Source: an uncultured Poribacteria bacterium (GTDB lineage: Bacteria > Poribacteria > WGA-4E > WGA-3G). Taken from it: a stretch of 64,000 bases of DNA. The notes below the pieces were generated by a model, which was not told the DNA's origin, ran no database searches, and saw only the letters and a list, made by a program, of their open reading frames with translations. A program made the position numbers and the translations under genes. This document shows positions 57,653-64,000 of this stretch, piece by piece. Location: contig OX638351.1 of assembly GCA_951813565.1 (NCBI GenBank), forward strand, positions 480,001 to 544,000, given 5' to 3'. How positions within the stretch are numbered: position 1 is the first letter of the stretch; each line of letters begins with the position of its first letter.

Positions 57653-58087
57653 TTAAGAAGGGGTGTACGGAGGGCCGCGACGGGATATGTCGCTATTTAA
57701 AAGAGAGGTAAATAGCTTAGATGGGGATGGGAGATGAAGCAATATCTCCTGATCAGTAGGTAAAGTCGCAGAGAACGGAACAATAGAAACGATTTGGTGT
57801 GTTAACGATTCACGGATAACGTCTCCATTATGTGAATCGCTGGGGAGAATAAGTTCTAAGCTATTTAAACAGCAAGCAGTCTCACTTTCTGATGGTGTTT
57901 CAGATTCACTTGCGGCATCTGTTTTATGGCAACAGGACGAACTTGTTTCAGCATATTCCATCTGTATTTTTTCAGATAAGCCACTACACAAGATTTGTCC
58001 AAAAGCCGCACAGAATAGTGGGCATACAGAATAAACGCAGACCAATACTGCAAGTAAGATGGGAAATTGCCAATGTTTTCGCAACAT
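57653..58087 (-). CDS. Cys-rich DUF2946/CutF/CruR-like leader ORF with C-terminal RGPP motif
   Basis: ATG 58087 after GGAG; hydrophobic N-terminus with CPLFC, two CC pairs, Pro-rich tail ending RRGPPYTPS. Confidence 0.75.
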   Translation of the reverse strand: MLRKHWQFPILLAVLVCVYSVCPLFCAAFGQILCSGLSEKIQMEYAETSSSCCHKTDAASESETPSESETACCLNSLELILPSDSHNGDVIRESLTHQIVSIVPFSATLPTDQEILLHLPSPSKLFTSLLNSDISRRGPPYTPS

Positions 58088-58144
58088 TTCTAAATTACTC
58101 CACTGTTTCGTATAAAAATAAAACGAATTAAACGCTTCAAAGAT

Positions 58145-58174
58145 ATTATACACCAAAATTCAAAAAAGTTGCAA
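58145..58174 (-). promoter_or_regulatory. Sigma70-type promoter of the RGPP-leader operon
   Basis: TTGCAA-18 bp-TATAAT on minus strand. Confidence 0.6.
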
Positions 58175-58240
58175 GAAAAAATTAGAAGACGGGTATAAAA
58201 AATTTTGCCACATAGATTGGATTGAGAGGTATTAAGAGTA

Positions 58241-58561
58241 ACGTGAGTTTGATAAAAGGATTCAATTTTGAATGTTGTGTTTCGTTTACGTTCATCTTGG
58301 CACCGAAATCAGAACAAGTGCCTTTGCTCCGTGAATCAACGCCAAATGCGCGTTTGGCATTTGGCGGGTGCGGTATGTCCGTTGAAGCCACATAGCACTC
58401 CTACGGAGCGCAAGAACTTGAAAACCTAACTTCTATAAACATAGCACGCCGCTGGCGTGCTGCAACATATTCGGCATCAAATTTGGATAGCCATGATATC
58501 GTGTTGGATTCCTCTAAATCATTGAGTCAAACTTACGTTAATATTATTATCAAACTCACGT
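58241..58561. mobile_element. IS982-derived MITE (321 bp)
   Basis: Same IRs as the IS982; 8-bp direct repeat taagagta (58233-58240, 58562-58569); extra degenerate internal IR near 58527-58538. Confidence 0.9.
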
Positions 58562-58744
58562 TAAGAGTAGATTTTTTATTTTTCTGAATCACGGATTATG
58601 CAGATTGCACAGATTGCACGGATTTTGGGACAACCTGCTGTCAAATCAACGTCAATATATCGGGTTAAAAACCCCTCCTACAAGAAAGAAGGAGTGATAA
58701 TGCCAAAAATCTTACACATCCTTAGAGGACAGTTATAAAAAGGA

Positions 58745-58773
58745 TTGCACTTCGGACAGAAAACCTGTATAAT
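58745..58773 (+). promoter_or_regulatory. Sigma70-type promoter of msrP
   Basis: TTGCAC-17 bp-TATAAT. Confidence 0.65.
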
Positions 58774-58852
58774 TTGAATAATAAAAAAGAAACCGATAAA
58801 TACTCCACAGTTTCAAACTGAAAACCCAAACCCCTATGGTAAGGAGATCCCA

Positions 58853-59812
58853 ATGGCAAATATAAAAATCCCCAAGGGATGGGAAATCCCAGAAAATCAA
58901 GTAACTCCTGAATCAGCCTATATTAACCGTAGAAAGTTTATCAAAGACCTCGGCATTGCAGGTGCTGGCGCGTTGTCGCTTTTCGGCACAAGTGCTTGTG
59001 CGCAAGAAAGCAAGGTTGCGAAACAACTTGAACCCTATCGCATGCAGACTCTTGAGGCTAAAAAGAACAAAGAATTCACTGTTAAACGGGAACAAACTGA
59101 TGAAATTGTCGCAGCAACTTACAACAACTTCTATGAGTTTACCAGTTCAAAAAGCACTGTTTGGAAACGGGTTGAAAGGTTTAAAACGCGTCCGTGGGAG
59201 ATTGAAATATCCGGGCTCGTTGAAAAACCGATGACCTTAGATGTAGATGACCTAATTAAACAGATGCCCCTTGAAGAACGTATCTATCGTTTTCGTTGTG
59301 TTGAAACTTGGGCAATGGTTGTTCCCTGGATCGGTTTCCCAATGAAAGCGTTGCTTGAAAAAGTTCAACCAAAGTCTGAAGCGAAATACGTAAAGATGGT
59401 CACATTTATGGATCCTGACGTTGCACCGCATCAAAACAATTTTGGTTTGCCGTGGCCTTATGTTGAAGGGTTAACACTCGCGGAAGCCATGAACGACCTA
59501 ACGTTAATGGTTGTCGGTGTCTATGGACATATCTTACCGCCACAGCACGGAGCACCCATTCGGTTGATTGCGCCATGGAAATACGGGTTTAAAAGTATCA
59601 AATCTATTGTTAGCATTGAACTAACCGACAAGAAACCTCGAACCTTTTGGAACGTCATACTTCCGAGAGAATACGGCTTTGAAGCAAACGTTAATCCGAA
59701 CGTTCCGCATCCGCGTTGGTCGCAAGCCACTGAATGGATGATTGGCTCAATGGAGAGACATCCAACAGTGATATACAACGGTTACGGCGAATCTGTGGCG
59801 CATCTTTACTAA
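58853..59812 (+). CDS. msrP: Protein-methionine-sulfoxide reductase catalytic subunit MsrP
   Basis: Tat motif [45 protein letters not shown]. Confidence 0.95.
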   Translation: MANIKIPKGWEIPENQVTPESAYINRRKFIKDLGIAGAGALSLFGTSACAQESKVAKQLEPYRMQTLEAKKNKEFTVKREQTDEIVAATYNNFYEFTSSKSTVWKRVERFKTRPWEIEISGLVEKPMTLDVDDLIKQMPLEERIYRFRCVETWAMVVPWIGFPMKALLEKVQPKSEAKYVKMVTFMDPDVAPHQNNFGLPWPYVEGLTLAEAMNDLTLMVVGVYGHILPPQHGAPIRLIAPWKYGFKSIKSIVSIELTDKKPRTFWNVILPREYGFEANVNPNVPHPRWSQATEWMIGSMERHPTVIYNGYGESVAHLY

Positions 59813-59843
59813 AGGCAACTTCCAAGTCGCAAATTACAAATGA

Positions 59844-59943
59844 TGGTAGATTTTAGGATTACTTGGACATCTTGCACCAGCGAGGTTAGGAAACCTCGCC
59901 TACCGGGGACAAAAGTGTCCATTACTTTTTATGATTCATCATA
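59844..59943. repeat. MITE-like IR element with REP core
   Basis: ggtagattttaggattacttggacat...gtgtccattac with core gcgaggttaggaaacctcgcctacc; related to about 7294-7352 and 8731. Confidence 0.6.
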
Positions 59944-59958
59944 AGATGGAGAAAGCAA

Positions 59959-61218
59959 ATGAATAGCAAACAAACATTCAGAAAAACCGCGTTGGGTTCA
60001 ATGCTTCTCGTTTTTCTGTTATTTATTGGGTGTTTTGAGTCTGTTATTGACACACTAAACCAAGAGAAAGACGAATCTATTGTTGCTCCAGTTGATTCAG
60101 GCGTTCCCATGGCGAACACCAAATTCGGCTTTAATCTGTTTAATGCGATCTGGGAAACTGAACAGAATCAGAATATCTTTATCTCACCGTTCAGCGTTTC
60201 TACTGCCTTAACGATGACGTTAAACGGCGCAGCTGGTGAAACAGAACAGGCAATGGTTGACACGCTTCAACTACAAGGTATAGACTCCGATTCCATCAAT
60301 TCCAGTTACGCTCAATTGCAACAGACACTTCAAACAGCGGACTCGAAAGTGACACTTACAATTGCAAACTCGCTTTGGGGCAACGAAGGGTTCTCATTCA
60401 AATCTGATTTTCTGCAGCGCAACACTCAATTTTTCAAAGCTGAAATCTCAATACTTGATTTTTTGGACCCAAATTCTCTAACAAGAATTAATCAGTGGGT
60501 AAATGACAATACAAATGGCAAAATCCCAAAAATTCTTGATGAAATAGACGCGAATGCGGTGTTATTCCTAATTAATGCGATCTATTTCAAGGGTGCATGG
60601 CAAACAGAATTCGACCCTATGCATACGCGCGATGGGACGTTTCATCTCATAAACGGGAGCACAAAGCAGGTGCCGATGATGTTTAGATCAGGGCGTTATT
60701 CCCATTACCGTGGAGATGCTTTCCAAGCCGTTAACCTCCCTTATGGCGATGGGCGGATAAGTATGTATATTTTTCTTCCCGCCCGCGATTCCAACCTGAA
60801 TACCTTTTTAGAAACTTTAACCCCGGAGAATTGGGAAAATTGGATATCACAGTTCCGCGAACAGGAACTGTCCCTCAGAATCCCTAAATTCAAACTGGAA
60901 TATGGAACAAAAGAACTTAATGACGCGCTTACAGCACACGGTATGGGTATAGCATTTGATGCAAATCGGGCGGATTTTAGCCGGATGGTGTCTTTAGAAG
61001 ATTTAGGGGCAAATCTATATATTGATAAAGTTTCCCATAAAACTTTTATTGAAGTTAATGAAGAAGGTACAGAAGCTGCTGCTGTAACTGTTGTTGGGAT
61101 CGTAAAAACCAGTCTGCCACCAGAATTCACTGCTGATCGACCATTTTTCTTTGCAATTCGTGATAACCAAACAGGAACGGTGCTATTTATAGGTACTGTT
61201 GTAGACCCTCAGCCATAA
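59959..61218 (+). CDS. Serpin family lipoprotein
   Basis: FIGC lipobox, NIFISPFSV, NAIYFKGAW, hinge EEGTEAAAVT, FTADRPFFFAIRD. Confidence 0.95.
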   Translation: MNSKQTFRKTALGSMLLVFLLFIGCFESVIDTLNQEKDESIVAPVDSGVPMANTKFGFNLFNAIWETEQNQNIFISPFSVSTALTMTLNGAAGETEQAMVDTLQLQGIDSDSINSSYAQLQQTLQTADSKVTLTIANSLWGNEGFSFKSDFLQRNTQFFKAEISILDFLDPNSLTRINQWVNDNTNGKIPKILDEIDANAVLFLINAIYFKGAWQTEFDPMHTRDGTFHLINGSTKQVPMMFRSGRYSHYRGDAFQAVNLPYGDGRISMYIFLPARDSNLNTFLETLTPENWENWISQFREQELSLRIPKFKLEYGTKELNDALTAHGMGIAFDANRADFSRMVSLEDLGANLYIDKVSHKTFIEVNEEGTEAAAVTVVGIVKTSLPPEFTADRPFFFAIRDNQTGTVLFIGTVVDPQP

Positions 61219-61221
61219 TAT

Positions 61222-62142
61222 GTGATGATCCAGATAAAAAGCGTTGTTTTACTTTTCTTACTTCTGCCTATATTTTCTACAGCTGCCACATGGGAATCGT
61301 CAGAAAGCACACATTTCCGCGTTTACTACCGAGAAGACACGGCGGATCCAGCGTTAATTCTTCAAATTGCCGAAAAATTCTATGATGAGTTACCACGGAT
61401 AACACGACACATCCCAGATGCAACAATTAAAATCTGGGTTTGTGATACGCAAAAAGCGTTTCAAGCCTCAGTCCATGCACCGATTCAGGATTGGGCGGTT
61501 GGATGTGCGTTTCCGTTGAGTCGGCGCATCATTATCCAAAATCCAAGCCAGATAATGGCGGCAGAACTCCAGTTAGCACAAGTACTTCGTCACGAAATAG
61601 CACATGTCCTTTTTGGACAATATACGCGAAAAGCCGTCAAAGGAATTCCATTATGGTTTGTGGAAGGAATCGCAATCTATTTCTCAAAGGAGTGGGTGCC
61701 GGGGCGCCACGAAACTTTGCTCAAAAAAGTTTTCTCAAAATCTATCATGCCGCTTCACGAATTAACAGAAAAATTCCCAGTTTCATCAAAAGGCGCAGAT
61801 TTGGCTTATGCCCAAAGCCAGGACGCACTCCGTTGGTTCGTTGAAGTCAATGGTAGCGAAGCACTATGGGCAGTTATTGATAAACTGCATACTGGAATGA
61901 ATCTCAACGCTGCTTTTGGAGCAGTTCTTGGTTATAATCTTGATACCTTTGATAAACTTTGGCGAGAATCTTTGCCGCAACGTTATCCTTGGGCAGCCCT
62001 TTTGTCCAGTTCCTATGTTTTTTGGGGCGGTGTCGGGGGATTATTCCTTCTTACTTATCTCGTCTGCTGGAATCGTAGGCGAAAACAACTCAATAAACTT
62101 GCACAGCAAGAAGATATGGTAGATCCATTCTTCAGAGAGTAA
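61222..62142 (+). CDS. Peptidase MA-like zinc metallopeptidase with C-terminal TM helix
   Basis: HEIAH, PLWFVEGIA, AYAQS. Confidence 0.85.
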   Translation: MMIQIKSVVLLFLLLPIFSTAATWESSESTHFRVYYREDTADPALILQIAEKFYDELPRITRHIPDATIKIWVCDTQKAFQASVHAPIQDWAVGCAFPLSRRIIIQNPSQIMAAELQLAQVLRHEIAHVLFGQYTRKAVKGIPLWFVEGIAIYFSKEWVPGRHETLLKKVFSKSIMPLHELTEKFPVSSKGADLAYAQSQDALRWFVEVNGSEALWAVIDKLHTGMNLNAAFGAVLGYNLDTFDKLWRESLPQRYPWAALLSSSYVFWGGVGGLFLLTYLVCWNRRRKQLNKLAQQEDMVDPFFRE

Positions 62143-62146
62143 ACCA

Positions 62147-63124
62147 ATGAATAGTACCCTAATTCACACGCTGCTTTTGCTTGTCTGTTTTACTATGGCA
62201 GCAACTGCACAACCCAAACATGTTTCACAATATCCTAATCAACTTACACGTGACGGACACGTCATTGTTCTACCCGACCGCGGCGCCGTCTATATTGTTT
62301 CTGATCTACATGCACACTGGAACGATTTTAATCAATGGTTACAACAAACCCAACTTATTGAACGGATTAAAGCAGGTGATGATGTTTACGGCATAATGCT
62401 CGGAGATTCGATTGACTATAAACCCGATGAAGAACCTAAGCCTCCTTATGGCGATGTACAAATAGTTAACCGCGTCATTGAAATACAACGGCAGCTTGGG
62501 GATAAAGGTAAAAGATTAATCTATATTAGAGGCAATCATGAATTAGCTGCGGCAAATACTTACGCCATGATGAAAAGTCACGGAATGACTAATCAAAATC
62601 GTCCAGTATTTATTCGGAAATTGTACAACGGTATAAATGGAAGTTATTATAAACAGTTTAATTTTATTGAGCGCATGACCGACGAGCATTTTGAATTCCT
62701 CATCAATCTCCCAACAGTCGTCATCGGCAAAAACGGTTTTGTCGCCATTCACGCCGGACCAGCACGTTCTATTATCAGTTTAGAGGATCTCATAGACCCT
62801 GGTCCCAAAACGCTTGACGAGTTGTTGTGGGACAGACCAGATACCGTCCTTGGTGGTGGGTATACATTTAAACACACCGAAAAATTTCTCAAAGCACTCA
62901 GTGCGAATTTTCTTATTGTTGGACATACACCTATCGGTTATTTTCCACCAAAATATATCAAGGACGGAGTCGCCCGACTCGATGGAAAACAACTGATTTT
63001 TTCTACTGGTTACGGCGGACTCCGCGGCGGACAAACCTATATTGAAATTGACTTGGCAAAAACTTATACCTCTGTTGAGGAATTAAAATCAGGTGTCAAC
63101 ATCCATCCCCTCTATCCAAAATAA
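62147..63124 (+). CDS. Secreted metallophosphoesterase
   Basis: SDLH, GDSID, RGNHE, HAGP, LLWDRP, VGHTP. Confidence 0.85.
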   Translation: MNSTLIHTLLLLVCFTMAATAQPKHVSQYPNQLTRDGHVIVLPDRGAVYIVSDLHAHWNDFNQWLQQTQLIERIKAGDDVYGIMLGDSIDYKPDEEPKPPYGDVQIVNRVIEIQRQLGDKGKRLIYIRGNHELAAANTYAMMKSHGMTNQNRPVFIRKLYNGINGSYYKQFNFIERMTDEHFEFLINLPTVVIGKNGFVAIHAGPARSIISLEDLIDPGPKTLDELLWDRPDTVLGGGYTFKHTEKFLKALSANFLIVGHTPIGYFPPKYIKDGVARLDGKQLIFSTGYGGLRGGQTYIEIDLAKTYTSVEELKSGVNIHPLYPK

Positions 63125-63141
63125 TATAAGAGTGTCATAAT

Positions 63142-64000
63142 ATGCGAGCGTTGATTTACATTATGACCCCTGTCCTGATTTTGACTGTTTTTCTTGCATC
63201 GCGCTTTGTTACATGGGAAAAACTGAAAGGTGTAGACAACAAAGCACTAAAACATCTGACTGCTGGCACTCAATTTCTTAGAAAAGGGAAAAACTATCAA
63301 GCCATAACAGCACTTACACAGGCAATTGAGGTTGAGCCAAAATATGCTGAGGCTTATGTCAAACGTGGACTTGCTTATTATCAACTTGCACGTTACAAAG
63401 ACGCAATTGCTGATTATACCCAAACCCTATCTCTCAATCAGTATTCTGCCGATGCTTACGCAAGTCGCGGAGATGCCTATCGTGCTTTAGGTGATGTTCC
63501 GCGCACAATTACTGACTACACCGCCTCCCTTAAAAAAAGAAAGGATGCATGGGTAATATCAAAACGGGCGGAAGTTTATCTTGAAATCGGTAAAATCGAT
63601 GAGGCGATTAATGATTATTCTTATATTGTTAAACACCGTCCCTCTGCAATTGCTTTTTACAACCGCGGCAGAGCATACTACGAACAGTTTCTACTTTCAA
63701 ACAAGCAGAATGAAATATTAAAACTTGCCTTAGCGGATTTCGACAAATCTATCGAGATGCAACCGAGTTTTGCTATAGCGTATCTTAATCGAGGCGACAT
63801 TTATGCGTATTTGAAACAGCAAGAATCGAAAGAAACCGACTATTCACAGGCTATCAATCTACTAACCGATGCTATTCAAAACTGGCAAAATGAAGCACAT
63901 GAACTAATTCCGATATATCTTTGGCGCGCAGTCGCTTATAAAAAAGGTAACCACGTTGACAAAGTGATAAATGATATAGAAAAGGTTTATGAGTTTTTCG
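63142..64000 (+). CDS. TPR-repeat protein, 3'-truncated by window edge
   Basis: ATG 63142; N-terminal TM; AIEVEPKYAEAYVKRGLAYY, AIADYTQ, AYASRGDAY repeats; frame open to the end. Confidence 0.88.
   Translation, partial: MRALIYIMTPVLILTVFLASRFVTWEKLKGVDNKALKHLTAGTQFLRKGKNYQAITALTQAIEVEPKYAEAYVKRGLAYYQLARYKDAIADYTQTLSLNQYSADAYASRGDAYRALGDVPRTITDYTASLKKRKDAWVISKRAEVYLEIGKIDEAINDYSYIVKHRPSAIAFYNRGRAYYEQFLLSNKQNEILKLALADFDKSIEMQPSFAIAYLNRGDIYAYLKQQESKETDYSQAINLLTDAIQNWQNEAHELIPIYLWRAVAYKKGNHVDKVINDIEKVYEFF

Overview
This is a 64-kb bacterial chromosomal window, most likely from a Candidatus Poribacteria-like organism. That assignment is an inference from the LamG proteins with an AV(D/E)xxxKxxxTWxxxK tail, the cohesin/dockerin/FlgD-Ig surface proteins, the DUF1549/1553 protein, the PhyH and Gfo/Idh/MocA paralogues and the dense palindromic repeats. 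Housekeeping genes (mnmA, miaA, hisZ-like/hisG/hisS, rpiA, rhaI, lon, msrP) are mixed with mobile DNA: an IS1634 pseudogene interrupted by an IS630, an IS982 with two derived MITEs, several nested MITE/REP composites and a tnpB-like right-end remnant. Two toxin-antitoxin loci are each split at an A-tract. Best candidates for new biology: (1) 53891-58087, a Cys-rich leader ORF ending in RGPP whose own codons are complementary to the next gene's Shine-Dalgarno, heading a putative metal-handling operon (His/Met-rich periplasmic protein, atypical FMN-bind/helical-bundle protein, Cyc2-like monoheme cytochrome-porin fusion). (2) 12709-20666, an adjacent gene pair that could assemble an F-spondin-like Reeler + Spondin_N complex through a dockerin-cohesin interaction, on a 13-repeat Ig stalk and a 107x(DT) stalk. 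(3) An unannotated His-codon leader peptide and attenuator upstream of hisZ-hisG-hisS. No CRISPR array, rRNA or tRNA was recognised. All family assignments are by eye; no HMM or BLAST search was run.
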